From positions 352,001 through 416,000 of the forward strand of contig CAXWPJ010000010.1 in assembly GCA_963664115.2 (NCBI GenBank): a stretch of 64,000 bases of DNA. The letters are read 5' to 3'. The translations under genes were made by a program, and so were the position numbers. Position 1 is the stretch's first letter, and each line of letters opens with the position of its first letter. Of this stretch, positions 9,507 to 19,285 are shown piece by piece. Source of the stretch: Terriglobia bacterium (GTDB lineage Bacteria; Acidobacteriota; Terriglobia; 20CM-2-55-15). The notes beneath the pieces are model-generated. The model had not been told where the DNA came from. It was given only the letters and a program-made list of their open reading frames with translations, and searched no databases.

Positions 9507-10478
9507 CTAACGGTAGCGGACGGTGAAGTTGGTGTTGACGTTTTGGCCGGGATAGGTCTGGGACAGCGTGAAGACATCGCCTACGGCGAATGGCTGGCCC
9601 ATCGGTTCCGCGTACACAGTGTAGTTTCCGGGCGTCAATCCCTGGATCGTGAACACTCCGGTCGGATCTGTCACCGCGCTGGCAGCGGCCAGACCGTTGG
9701 GATCGAGCGCCAAAACCATCGCACCAAACACTGCGGCATTCGCCGTCGTGCGCACGGTGCCGCTGATGGACCCCAGCGCTGAGAAGGACGCGTCCGGATA
9801 GATCGTCGACAAACCAATCATGTCGTCGAGCGCTATCGTTCGGGGAAAACTGACACCTGGAAGAATCGTTGGGAACATGGCCGATGACAGTATGTTGGAA
9901 TGATCCAGTCCCAGAAGGTGGCCCACCTCGTGTGTTGCCACAGATTCCAAATCGAATCGGTCCGAAGGGGTCGTGGTGCTTAAGCTGAAGCTGACATCGG
10001 GGTTGAACATGATGTCCGCGTCAATGATTTGCCCGGCAAATTCTACTTCGGTTCCGGTCGTCATATCGGTTCCCGTACTGGTAAAGCTGAAAGCACCGGT
10101 CAGTCCGAGCGCCGTGGAATTGAAGTCGGACGTCGACACGTTCGTCGTGATGAGGTTCACCAGATCCAGGCCAGGCAACACCGAGGGATCCGTGACCTGA
10201 CCTTCGCTGAACGTCAGGTCTGAAGTCGTCACATCCGCCCATTGCTGGAACGAATTTCGAAACACATCGGCCTGTTCCCGGTCTCCGGTAACGTTGGAAC
10301 CCACGGTCGGGTTCATGCGCCAGGTGATCGGCATGAATGAATCGGCCCACTTCACTGCAATCACGTTCCCGTTTATATCCAGATTGGTTTCCGGAATGTA
10401 GGCCAGAAGCGGCACCGTCACGAGCACAAAGGCCGCGGCGACGACAATGCGTTTCCGCTTTGATGGCATCTGATTCAT
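9507..10478 (-). CDS. Secreted matrixin (M10-like) metalloprotease with C-terminal carboxypeptidase-regulatory-like domain
   Basis: Signal peptide; metzincin motif HEVGHLLGLDH plus Met-turn SAMFP; C-terminal GSISGTV...G.FTIQGLTPGNYTVYAEP. Confidence 0.8.
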   Translation of the reverse strand: MNQMPSKRKRIVVAAAFVLVTVPLLAYIPETNLDINGNVIAVKWADSFMPITWRMNPTVGSNVTGDREQADVFRNSFQQWADVTTSDLTFSEGQVTDPSVLPGLDLVNLITTNVSTSDFNSTALGLTGAFSFTSTGTDMTTGTEVEFAGQIIDADIMFNPDVSFSLSTTTPSDRFDLESVATHEVGHLLGLDHSNILSSAMFPTILPGVSFPRTIALDDMIGLSTIYPDASFSALGSISGTVRTTANAAVFGAMVLALDPNGLAAASAVTDPTGVFTIQGLTPGNYTVYAEPMGQPFAVGDVFTLSQTYPGQNVNTNFTVRYR

Positions 10479-11044
10479 CGACCCACTCCCGCGACCAACT
10501 CACGGATCTGGGCTTTGAACTCCTCAAGCCCCACTCTCCGGACAATCGAAGCACCCGTGACGAGCCCGGTTTTGGGGCTCACCAGATCCACGCCGCTGAT
10601 GTTCGCGGTCGCAAAATCCTCTTCGATCACATAACGGCCCTGGTTCAGACCCACGACGTGGAAGGTCCCGTTGCCTGCGTCCTTCAGGAACACGATGACG
10701 CTCGCGCCTTCATTGAATTCCGGCATACCCGGCACAGACAGGACAAGCGCACCGACCTGGCCACCCATCTGGCGTATCTGCAATGTCCGACGTCGCTCTC
10801 CTTTTAGAGGATCATCAACCCGGATCGTCGCATAGGTGAATATCAGTTTCTTTTCGCTGTCCCATTGGCTCGAGACCGACTCCACGACACCCTGGATGAT
10901 GCTGTCAGACTCGCTGACAAGATCTTCGAGATCCATATCGACGACGATGCTGCTCGCGACCGGCCTCGCCCACAGGAGCACTGCCAGTCCGAAGCAGAGC
11001 GTGAGGACGAGCGATTTTTTGTCGAGTTGGTTGCTATGCTTCAT
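10475..11044 (-). CDS. Secreted hypothetical protein
   Basis: Signal peptide; DLEDLVSESDSIIQGVV...GGQVG...GMPEF..G..VIVFL; ATGA overlaps with both neighbours. Confidence 0.7.
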   Translation of the reverse strand: MKHSNQLDKKSLVLTLCFGLAVLLWARPVASSIVVDMDLEDLVSESDSIIQGVVESVSSQWDSEKKLIFTYATIRVDDPLKGERRRTLQIRQMGGQVGALVLSVPGMPEFNEGASVIVFLKDAGNGTFHVVGLNQGRYVIEEDFATANISGVDLVSPKTGLVTGASIVRRVGLEEFKAQIRELVAGVGR

Positions 11045-12525
11045 TTGATGATGATCCCTCCGGAAAGTACGGAAGTGTCCAGGTTGGAGTTCGTGACGGT
11101 CACGGTCCGGGGACCGAGCGACGCGTTGGCGGCAACGTCGATCTGAATGAATATGACGTTGCCCGAATAAGAAACGTTGGACAAGGTGATTCCGGTGCCA
11201 CTGACTGTAACGTTCGACCCATTCGCCTCGCTGATCCCCGTACCCGCCACGACAAGGTCCGTGGTCTCACCCTGTGAGACCTGAGCACTGCTGGATGCAA
11301 ACGAAATGCTTTCGAAACGATTTCCGACACCGATACTCGTAAAGTTGAGACTCCCGGCCGGCACCGGCACGTATATATCCACGCCCGTTGTCGTTTGCCC
11401 TCCCACAACACTGCTTGTGGTTTGGACAAGTTCGGTGGAGGAGCCGAACGACTCCGTGACCTCCAGAATTACGGAGGATGTGGAGGCCCCCGTCACCTGC
11501 ACGACAACCGGACCGCTGATCGCCGTGTCCGGCACCACTACCCTGAGCTCGGTCGGCGTCGCAGTATCGGGAGAGACACTCACGGTCCCCATTGCCGCAT
11601 TGAACACAACAGTGTTACTGGCCGCATTGGAATCAAAACCGCTTCCGTTCACCGTGAGCGTCTGTCCCCGTGAAACACGGGTGGGCGAAAGCGAATCCAG
11701 AGTCAGGGACCCGGACACCACCGAGCCATCCAGATTGAAAGACGGCAAGGCTGTGAAGTTTAGTGCACCGGAAAAACGCAGGGCAACCGCCACGACAGGA
11801 ATGTCGCTCGTAATGCGTAATGTTCCGACGAGTCCTGCTGTACCCTCAAAAAGAGTCGACAACGACAGCAACAATGCATGGGGGGCTGTGGCCGGCAGCA
11901 CCTGAGGGGGAGCCGTACCCAGCGAATTCGCCGACGCATCAAACAGCTCAAAGCTCACACTTGCGCCAGTCGTGGTCGAAGGATTTGCATACGCAATAGC
12001 GGTCGTGAAACCAGAGGTCTCATCCACAAAAATGTCTTGAATCGTCGCCGCCTCCGATCCCGCCATGGATGTTTCGTTGATCAAGGATCCCTGACCGGGA
12101 GTGCCTTCGAACAATGAAATGATGGCGGTCGCAGTGATCTCAGGTGTCGCATTCACAGTCGCCAGGGCCTGAATAAAACTGCCCCCTGAGGTGGAAACGT
12201 ACTTCTGACTCCCTCCAGCGGCAAGCGAGCTTGCGATCACACCTCCCGCACTCACCACGTTACCCGCACTATCTTCAAAGACCGCGCTAAACGGAGCGCC
12301 ATCCTGACCCACGAAGGTAATTGTCACATCCGCGGTTGCTGACGGGGAGGGATTCGCCACAAAGATCGTTGTTGTAAGAAAGAGCGAATCGCTCAGGGCG
12401 CCGTCAACAATCTCGGGGAAAAAGACCGTCTCAGTCTGAGCCGCCCCAACACCTGGCAAGGTGATGACCAAGGCCAGCAGTAACAGGACCTTTCCCAACG
12501 GTCCTCCGAACACTTTATCGCACAT
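11041..12525 (-). CDS. Secreted Ser/Thr-rich protein with IPT/TIG Ig-like domains
   Basis: Signal peptide; LDSLSPTRVSRGQTLTVNGSGF...NTVVFN...ELRVVVPDTAISGPVVV (IPT/TIG). Confidence 0.75.
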   Translation of the reverse strand: MCDKVFGGPLGKVLLLLALVITLPGVGAAQTETVFFPEIVDGALSDSLFLTTTIFVANPSPSATADVTITFVGQDGAPFSAVFEDSAGNVVSAGGVIASSLAAGGSQKYVSTSGGSFIQALATVNATPEITATAIISLFEGTPGQGSLINETSMAGSEAATIQDIFVDETSGFTTAIAYANPSTTTGASVSFELFDASANSLGTAPPQVLPATAPHALLLSLSTLFEGTAGLVGTLRITSDIPVVAVALRFSGALNFTALPSFNLDGSVVSGSLTLDSLSPTRVSRGQTLTVNGSGFDSNAASNTVVFNAAMGTVSVSPDTATPTELRVVVPDTAISGPVVVQVTGASTSSVILEVTESFGSSTELVQTTSSVVGGQTTTGVDIYVPVPAGSLNFTSIGVGNRFESISFASSSAQVSQGETTDLVVAGTGISEANGSNVTVSGTGITLSNVSYSGNVIFIQIDVAANASLGPRTVTVTNSNLDTSVLSGGIIIK

Positions 12526-12679
12526 GGAAAATGCCTCCGAATCTCATTTCTCCGACGGATATTTTACTGTCTGGCCACTTTCGGCATCAATGTTCTTTAT
12601 TCGCGCAGGTCTCGGTCCTCGACTTCGCCATATGCTAGAATTTTCCTTCATTTACAAGAACCCGATAAGGAGCAACACA

Positions 12680-13273
12680 GTGAAACTACTATTGATCCTG
12701 GCACTGTTCGCCGTAGTCCCGATGGGTTTCGCCCAAAGTAACGGGAATCTGGGCCCCGGCGTTTACGCGCTCTTCGAAACAACACAGGGCGACTTCACCG
12801 TCAAACTTTACGATGATATGGCACCCAATACCGTCGAGAACTTCGTCGGCCTTGCCACCGGAACCAAGGAGTGGACGCACCCCGTCACGGATGAAACCTT
12901 CCAGGACACTCCCTATTACGACGGCATCCTCTTCCACCGCGTGATCCAAGGCTTCATGCTTCAGGGGGGAGACCCCAGCGGCACGGGAACCGGTGGCCCC
13001 GGATTTCGATACAACGACGAGTTCCATCCCGAGGCGCGGCACAGTAAAGCCGGCATCCTCTCAATGGCCAATTCAGGCCCCAACACCAACGGCAGCCAGT
13101 TCTTCGTCACCCTCGGACCGACACCCCATCTGGACAACGTCCACTCCGTATTCGGTGAGGTTGTCGAGGGCATGGATGTGGTCATGGCGATCGGCAACGT
13201 CCCGACCGGCGCCCGTGACAAACCTGTCGAAGATGTCGTGATGACTAGCGTTACGATCCAGACGGTCGAATAA
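12680..13273 (+). CDS. Cyclophilin-type peptidyl-prolyl cis-trans isomerase, exported
   Basis: FHRVIQGFMLQGGDPSGTGTGGPG, LSMANSGPNTNGSQFF, HSVFGEV; AAGGAG RBS before GTG 12680; signal peptide. Confidence 0.93.
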   Translation: MKLLLILALFAVVPMGFAQSNGNLGPGVYALFETTQGDFTVKLYDDMAPNTVENFVGLATGTKEWTHPVTDETFQDTPYYDGILFHRVIQGFMLQGGDPSGTGTGGPGFRYNDEFHPEARHSKAGILSMANSGPNTNGSQFFVTLGPTPHLDNVHSVFGEVVEGMDVVMAIGNVPTGARDKPVEDVVMTSVTIQTVE

Positions 13274-13286
13274 AAGAATAAGAGTT

Positions 13287-13471
13287 TTCACCGCAAAGGC
13301 GCAAAGACGCAAAGGAAGAAAAGATAAAGACGGATAGGCTGCCTACATCCCGCTTAACTAGAGCTATTTGGGTTAGCAAGAAAGTTGTTGAGAACCCATC
13401 GAGCTTCGGTCAGCTGAAATCTCGACAGACCATCCCATCTTCCTTGTGCGCCTTTGCGTCTTTGCGGTAAA
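13287..13471. mobile_element. CGCAAAG-arm inverted-repeat element, copy 5
   Basis: TTCACCGCAAAGGCGCAAAGACGCAAAGG ... CCTTTGCGTCTTTGCGGTAAA; core GGGTTAGCAAGAAAGTTGTTGAGAACCC; between convergent genes. Confidence 0.85.
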
Positions 13472-13474
13472 AAA

Positions 13475-14893
13475 TCATCCTGCTGCTTCTGATCTAAGCA
13501 CTTCCAGGAATTCGGTGGCGCTGTATCCGGATCGGATCACCCGGATACCCAGTTCCCTTTCCACATCAGCGAGGGTCATATCGTCTAAGAAAAGGCCTTC
13601 CTCACCAATCATGGCCTCCGATGGCAGAACGACGAAGTCGCCATAGACCTTGTCCTTGAGGGCCGCTACGAAATCACTGCCCGTCAACAACCCGGCCACA
13701 TTGATCCCGGAGCCCCAGAACCGGTTCTCCACAACGACCGTCTTGAGATCCAGCCCCAGTCGGGCGACACATTCGGTAAGGTAGGGATGGAAGAGTCGCC
13801 CGGTACAGAGCGTTCCTTTGGAGACGGTGCCGTTTAAGGCCGCACCATCGAAGAAATCACTCACCGCATTCTCGAATTCGTCGAGAAAGGTCCGAACCAT
13901 TCCAACTCCGTTTTCAATCTGGGGAAACTCCTCATAGTGGTCACCGTCGGGAATGGCCTGACCGGCAAGAATATAGAATTCGTCGCCCAAAAAGACGAGC
14001 GGCGTCCCCAGGTCCATTTCGAAGCGCTGCTGGATCGGCGTAACGTGCGCTATCGTCCCGCGAGCATAGTCCGGCGTGACCGCTTCGAGTGTCGGAAGGT
14101 TTTCCCGATGATCGGTGAGTCCGACCGGAACCACAGCGACAGACCCTACAGACGGAAAGCGATGTGACAGATCCGCTATCGTTCGCTCCAGATGAGGGCC
14201 GTCATTCAAACCCGGACACAGGACGACCTGGCAGTGCAGGACGATTCCGGCCGCAGTCAGGCGATCGAGTTTGCCATCCAGCCCGTCGTAGGCCGTGTTC
14301 CCCAACAAACGTGTCCGAAGTTCGGGTTCGGTGGCGTGGACCGAAATATAGAGAGGCGACAAACGCTGTTCGATGATCCGGTCCAGTTCGGCGTCATCAA
14401 CGTTGGTGAGGGTCAGGTAGTTACCAAAGAGAAACGAAAGGCGATAGTCCTCGTCTTTGATGCGAAGAGATCGGCGAGCGTCGGGCCGGTTCTGGTGAAC
14501 GAAACAGAACACGCATTCGTTGTCGCACACCCATGGCTCGATGGGCTCCAGTTCAACCCCAAGACTTTCCCATTCTTCCCGTACGAATTCGTGGGTCTGC
14601 CGCTGGGTCCGCAGCGACACAGGCGCATCAAAAACCGCCATCTGGAACTGTAGGTCGATGACATCTTTGGGCGGTGTGCCGTTGACTTCTACGATCTCGT
14701 CACCCGCCTGAAGCCCGATTCGCGCGGCCAGCGATTCGGGTTCTACTCCCAGAATCCGCAAGGGAGCCGAGACGCCTTTATGCGTGGGCGGGGCATGCCG
14801 GTATTCATGCTGAGCCGACATTTTACGCGCGAGGTCCTGATCGTTGGCTTTACGGACGTAGGCGCTTGAAGAAAACTGCTTTTTCGCAGCCAT
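13475..14893 (-). CDS. PDZ + radical-SAM-like + DUF512 Fe-S protein
   Basis: N-terminal PDZ-like segment, CDNECVFC (CxxxCxxC), KDEDYRLSFLFGNYLTLTN, QIENGVGMVR, VAGLLTGSD. Confidence 0.85.
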   Translation of the reverse strand: MAAKKQFSSSAYVRKANDQDLARKMSAQHEYRHAPPTHKGVSAPLRILGVEPESLAARIGLQAGDEIVEVNGTPPKDVIDLQFQMAVFDAPVSLRTQRQTHEFVREEWESLGVELEPIEPWVCDNECVFCFVHQNRPDARRSLRIKDEDYRLSFLFGNYLTLTNVDDAELDRIIEQRLSPLYISVHATEPELRTRLLGNTAYDGLDGKLDRLTAAGIVLHCQVVLCPGLNDGPHLERTIADLSHRFPSVGSVAVVPVGLTDHRENLPTLEAVTPDYARGTIAHVTPIQQRFEMDLGTPLVFLGDEFYILAGQAIPDGDHYEEFPQIENGVGMVRTFLDEFENAVSDFFDGAALNGTVSKGTLCTGRLFHPYLTECVARLGLDLKTVVVENRFWGSGINVAGLLTGSDFVAALKDKVYGDFVVLPSEAMIGEEGLFLDDMTLADVERELGIRVIRSGYSATEFLEVLRSEAAG

Positions 14894-15487
14894 TCAATGC
14901 TCGAGAAGCCTGCGGCCAACGGCGAGGTACTGGAAACCCGAGACAACGGTGAGCAGACCGGTCAGGATGAACAAAAAATATATCCCACTCTCCTCGACGC
15001 CGATCCAATTGTAGAGGAGCACGGCAAACACAGTCAGGAATTGAAACACTGTGTTGGCTTTCCCGACAAGCGTGGGTGGAAAAACGCGAAAGCCGTAAGT
15101 AATGATGAACGCCAATCCACCAAGCAGTATGAACACATCGCGAAAAATCACCAGTAGAAGAAGCCAGATCGGAATAGGGTTCGCAAACCCCATCTGGGGT
15201 AGTGACAGCACAACGATGGAGCTACTCATGAGCAACTTGTCAGCGATCGGATCCAGGATCGCGCCCAGGGATGTTTTCTGCCGAAAGTGACGTGCAATAA
15301 GCCCGTCCATCCCATCGGTCACCGCGGCCACGCAGAAGGTGATCAGCGCCCAGCCCAGCCGGTTATAAGCGAGGAGAATAATGAACACCGGGATAAAGAC
15401 GATCCTCAAGAGCGTCAACTGGTTGGCTATCGTTAGAATGTTCGGCCGGTACTTCTCAACGGTACGGTCGGAGAGTCTGGTGGACAC
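14894..15487 (-). CDS. pgsA: CDP-alcohol phosphatidyltransferase (PgsA-like)
   Basis: TIANQLTLLRI, TDGMDGLIARHFRQKTSLGAILDPIADKLL. Confidence 0.85.
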   Translation of the reverse strand: MSTRLSDRTVEKYRPNILTIANQLTLLRIVFIPVFIILLAYNRLGWALITFCVAAVTDGMDGLIARHFRQKTSLGAILDPIADKLLMSSSIVVLSLPQMGFANPIPIWLLLLVIFRDVFILLGGLAFIITYGFRVFPPTLVGKANTVFQFLTVFAVLLYNWIGVEESGIYFLFILTGLLTVVSGFQYLAVGRRLLEH

Positions 15488-15566
15488 GCTTTTTATCCTA
15501 AAATGAGGAAAGGACGCAATGACCTCGTCACTGCGTCCTTCAATTTTCGGCCGCTTACCGTGGAGC

Positions 15567-15995
15567 TTACTCCGCCGTCACGGGAACAACAACGTCCACG
15601 ATCTGGCGCGAGCAAAAACCGTCGGATTTGGAACAAAAGAAGTAAACGAGTTCGCCTGGAATCTCATACTCACCCGCCACGGCCGCTTCCACGGCAACAT
15701 TAAAAGCGGGCACGTCCACGTAATAATCGTCAGTCGATTTCGGATCTTCTGGAGGCGACTCCAGCTTGGCCGCATCGTGCGTCAACCCTTCAACAGGCTG
15801 CAGCTTCAACTGGATCGCCGGCACGCGGTTGATCACGTATCCGTCCAGGACGTCGAACGAGACGACAACCTCGCCGCCGGCGCCGGCTTCGATGGCATCG
15901 TCAGAATAGTTCGCTTCCATAACCTGCGGCAGTCCCCCTCCCAAAGTCAGGAGCTGGGAAAGAAGAAGGATGATTCCGAATCCAAAATTCACCAT
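15567..15995 (-). CDS. Secreted hypothetical protein, DsbD N-terminal-like fold
   Basis: Signal peptide; GELVYFFCSKSDGFC Cys pair resembling nDsbD. Confidence 0.55.
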   Translation of the reverse strand: MVNFGFGIILLLSQLLTLGGGLPQVMEANYSDDAIEAGAGGEVVVSFDVLDGYVINRVPAIQLKLQPVEGLTHDAAKLESPPEDPKSTDDYYVDVPAFNVAVEAAVAGEYEIPGELVYFFCSKSDGFCSRQIVDVVVPVTAE

Positions 15996-16072
15996 AATAG
16001 TCTCCTGCGATTGCCCGTACGGATGTATTCCTCACGACATCGAATGCGCTGGAAATCGTTCAGAATTATAAC

Positions 16073-17164
16073 ATGAGAATCATTTCCGTCGCGGGCGCCC
16101 GGCCCAACTTCATGAAGATCGCGCCCCTGGTCGCCGAGTGCAGCAGGGTCTCTGGAATCAACCACTTGCTGGTCCATACCGGGCAACACTACGACACACA
16201 GATGTCAGACGTATTCTTTCGGGATTTGTCCATTTCCTCACCCGATATCGATCTCGGTGTCGGATCGGCGTCCCACGCGGTTCAGACGGCCCGGATCATG
16301 ATGGAATTCGAAAAGGTCTGTACGCGGGAGCTCCCGGACCTCGTTATCGTCGTCGGTGACGTCAACTCGACGATGGCGGCAACCCTGGTAGCGGCCAAGC
16401 TCAACATACCGGTTGCGCACGTCGAAGCGGGCCTGCGCAGTTTCGATCGCGGGATGCCCGAGGAGATCAATCGCATCGTGACGGACCAGTTGGCGGACTA
16501 TCTGTTCACGACGAGCCGGGAGGCGGACGAGAACTTGAAGCGGGAAGGCGTGAACCCTGAGAAGATCCACTTCGTCGGAAACGTCATGATCGACACTCTT
16601 CTCAAGCACCGGGGGAAGGCCGATGGTCTCAACGTTGCCTCCGGGCTGGGAATCGACGGCACAGACTACGCTCTGATGACCCTGCACCGGCCGTCAAACG
16701 TAGACAACCCGGCCGTTCTTCAGGGAATTCTTACCGCCGTTCAGGACATCTCGACATCGCTCCCGGTGATCTTCCCCATTCATCCGCGTACATCGCAACG
16801 GATCCGGGAATTCGATCTCGACGCGATGGTCCACGGCAGCGTCCGTCTGACCGACCCCCTGGGATACCTTGAGTTTCTCAACTTGATGTCGGGAGCCCGC
16901 CTGGTCCTGACCGACTCAGGAGGCCTGCAGGAAGAAACGACGATTCTGGGCGTCCCGTGTCTGACGATCCGGCAAAACACCGAGCGCCCCGTGACAATCT
17001 CCGAAGGCACGAACGAACTGGTCGGGACGGATCCGGTCCGTATTCGGGAAGCTGCAGACAGGATTCTTGCCGGAAATTGGAAAACACCCCGCGTACCCGA
17101 ATACTGGGACGGCAAAGCGGCTGAACGGATTGTTGCGATACTCACCGCGAACGTTTCTGCCTGA
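16073..17164 (+). CDS. wecB: UDP-N-acetylglucosamine 2-epimerase (non-hydrolysing)
   Basis: GARPNFMK, HTGQHYD, VGDVNST, HVEAGLRS, MPEEINR, TDSGGLQEE. Confidence 0.95.
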   Translation: MRIISVAGARPNFMKIAPLVAECSRVSGINHLLVHTGQHYDTQMSDVFFRDLSISSPDIDLGVGSASHAVQTARIMMEFEKVCTRELPDLVIVVGDVNSTMAATLVAAKLNIPVAHVEAGLRSFDRGMPEEINRIVTDQLADYLFTTSREADENLKREGVNPEKIHFVGNVMIDTLLKHRGKADGLNVASGLGIDGTDYALMTLHRPSNVDNPAVLQGILTAVQDISTSLPVIFPIHPRTSQRIREFDLDAMVHGSVRLTDPLGYLEFLNLMSGARLVLTDSGGLQEETTILGVPCLTIRQNTERPVTISEGTNELVGTDPVRIREAADRILAGNWKTPRVPEYWDGKAAERIVAILTANVSA

Positions 17165-17195
17165 ACTGCACAACTGTCGAAGAGAAGCCGAAGAT

Positions 17196-17379
17196 TTCAC
17201 CGCAAAGGCGCAAAGACGCAAAGGAAGATGGGATGGTCTGTGTAGATTTCGTCTGATCGCAACTCTATGGGTTCTCAACGACGTTCTTGCTAACCCGAAT
17301 AACTCCAGTCGAGCGGGATGAAGGCAGGCTATCCCGTCCTGCTTTTTCTTCCTTTGCATCTTTGCGCCTTTGCGGTTAA
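17196..17379. mobile_element. CGCAAAG-arm inverted-repeat element, copy 6
   Basis: Same arms; the interior is closely similar to the reverse complement of the copy 5 interior. Confidence 0.85.
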
Positions 17380-17555
17380 TCCCCTCTTAATTCTTCCCTT
17401 AAATGTCTCGAAAGCCCGGAAAAAGTGGGTCGTTGACCCGGAGGTTATGGGTCAGACGCCCATTCAGTTTCAATAGTTTAGTGGAGGACCATGACATGCT
17501 CAGTCGTCGATGGGTCGGTGACGATGATTACTCTGTTAACTTCGAGTGGGATAAA

Positions 17556-18101
17556 ATGGCACATATGGATACCAAGGGGCCGGCGACGATCGACGATCTC
17601 TATAACGTTCCCGAAGACGGGCGTAAATACGAGCTGGTCGACGGAGAGATTCTGGTGAGCCCGGGTGGGTTCCGCCACGGCCAAGTCTCCGTCCAGATCG
17701 GCTACCTGATCAAACGATTCCTGGAAGGTTCACCGATCGGCGTTGTCTGCGGCGCGGACCTCGGCATTATCTTCCCCAACGGCAACTTGAGATCTCCGGA
17801 CGTAACTTTCGTTCGTAACGAAAAGGTCCCAGCCGGGGAGGCGGCTGAGCGATTTCTTGAGGCTGTGCCCGACCTCGTGGTCGAAGTACTTTCTCCGGGC
17901 GACCACATGCGGCATGTCGCAGACAAGATCGGTGAGTTCCTGGAATCCGGTGTGTGTCTGGTCTGGTTGGTCGACCCTCAGCCCGAAACCGTCACGGTGT
18001 ACCGCTCGTTGACCGATACCCGCCAACTCCGGGGCGACGACCTCATCGACGGAAACTCTGTCCTTCCAGGCTTCAAAGCGAAAGTCTCCGACTTCTTTTA
18101 G
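17556..18101 (+). CDS. Uma2 family (DUF820) PD-(D/E)XK endonuclease
   Basis: KYELVDGEI, RSPDVTFV, PDLVVEVLSPGD, LVWLVDP, VLPGF. Confidence 0.9.
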   Translation: MAHMDTKGPATIDDLYNVPEDGRKYELVDGEILVSPGGFRHGQVSVQIGYLIKRFLEGSPIGVVCGADLGIIFPNGNLRSPDVTFVRNEKVPAGEAAERFLEAVPDLVVEVLSPGDHMRHVADKIGEFLESGVCLVWLVDPQPETVTVYRSLTDTRQLRGDDLIDGNSVLPGFKAKVSDFF

Positions 18102-18142
18102 CTTCAGCTGAACTGCAGATTACTCAGACCGAAACAAAATCT

Positions 18143-18321
18143 TTCACCGCAAAGGCGCAAAGGAAGATGGGTTGGTCTGTGTGAATTGCGTCGGACTGAA
18201 CCTCTATGGGTTCTCAACAGCATTCTTGCTAACCCAGACAGCTCAAGTCGCGCAGAACGTAGGCAGTCTTTCCGTCTTTCTTTCATTTTCTTCCTTTGCG
18301 TCTTTGCGCCTTCGCGGTGAA
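18143..18321. mobile_element. CGCAAAG-arm inverted-repeat element, copy 7
   Basis: Same arms and interior orientation as copy 6; the flanks are also homologous. Confidence 0.85.
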
Positions 18322-18651
18322 TCCCCTCTCAGTTCTTCCTAAAGAAGTCTCGAAAGCTGCGCCTTTGCGGGTCGCGGTTTTAGCGGTCTTTCACTTCCCC
18401 TCTGTTTGATTTCAGTGCGTTAACAACGGACCTCTCCGTGCACTTCTAGTCAGCGTTCCGGTGGATGGCGGGCTTGGGGGCTCAATTAACCGAAGGGCCG
18501 GTGCCTCCGACGTGATTCGCCGGAACTCATTCTCCAAATTCCTCTCGGCGGTTAGAAGGCGAGGCTGTGTATTTACAAATGGAAAGGGCCGCAGTTTCGC
18601 GGGCCGCCGGGAGGAAACACATCCAACCACTATTACCTCAAAGGAGGTTTC

Positions 18652-18957
18652 ATGTTTCGAAAAGCATTTGCAGCGACGCTCCTCTTCACGTTCCTGTTCG
18701 CCATGGCCACGATCGCGCCCCAGAGCAGTGAAGCTCAGTCTGCGACCACCATGGTCATCGATATCAATTCGGCTCCCCTGGCTGCGCTCCAAGGCATCGT
18801 TCAGGACGAGGGTCTCGCCCAGCGGATCATCGAAAATCGGCCGTATGCCAACAAACGGCAGTTGCTTTCACGTCAACTCGTGTCGGCAGAGCAATACGAC
18901 GAGATCAAGGACAGGATCATTGCTCGACGGATCGAGGATTCGGAAGACTCCCGGTAG
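18652..18957 (+). CDS. Exported helix-hairpin-helix (ComEA-like) protein
   Basis: AGGAGG RBS, signal peptide, IDINSA..AALQGI...LAQRIIENRPYANKRQL...YDEIKDRIIA. Confidence 0.8.
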   Translation: MFRKAFAATLLFTFLFAMATIAPQSSEAQSATTMVIDINSAPLAALQGIVQDEGLAQRIIENRPYANKRQLLSRQLVSAEQYDEIKDRIIARRIEDSEDSR

Positions 18958-18964
18958 CGCGGCA

Positions 18965-19252
18965 ATGTACGCGCGCATGGTGATCGGCGAAGCAATCCAT
19001 GAAGATCAGGTTTCAGAGTTCGTTCGGATCTACGAGTCAGAAGTGCTTCCCAAGCTCCACGACGAACCGGGGTTCGAATCGGCGAACTTCATGGTCGAAG
19101 ATGGAGGCCGGATGGCGATTTCGCTCACGCTCTGGCAATCCCAGCAGGACTGCCTGAAATACCACTCCAGTATGGCTTACCGCCAGTTGGTGGAAAAAAC
19201 CCAGCATCTGTTGAAAGGCAGTTTCATCGTGCGGTTATTCCGTACCGTTTAG
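18965..19252 (+). CDS. ABM (antibiotic biosynthesis monooxygenase-like) dimeric alpha/beta barrel protein
   Basis: MYARMV...EVLPKLHDEPGF...ISLTLWQSQQDC..YHSS..Y. Confidence 0.7.
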   Translation: MYARMVIGEAIHEDQVSEFVRIYESEVLPKLHDEPGFESANFMVEDGGRMAISLTLWQSQQDCLKYHSSMAYRQLVEKTQHLLKGSFIVRLFRTV

Positions 19253-19285
19253 GCCCGAGACAGAAAGCGGGGGAGGCAAGAGACC

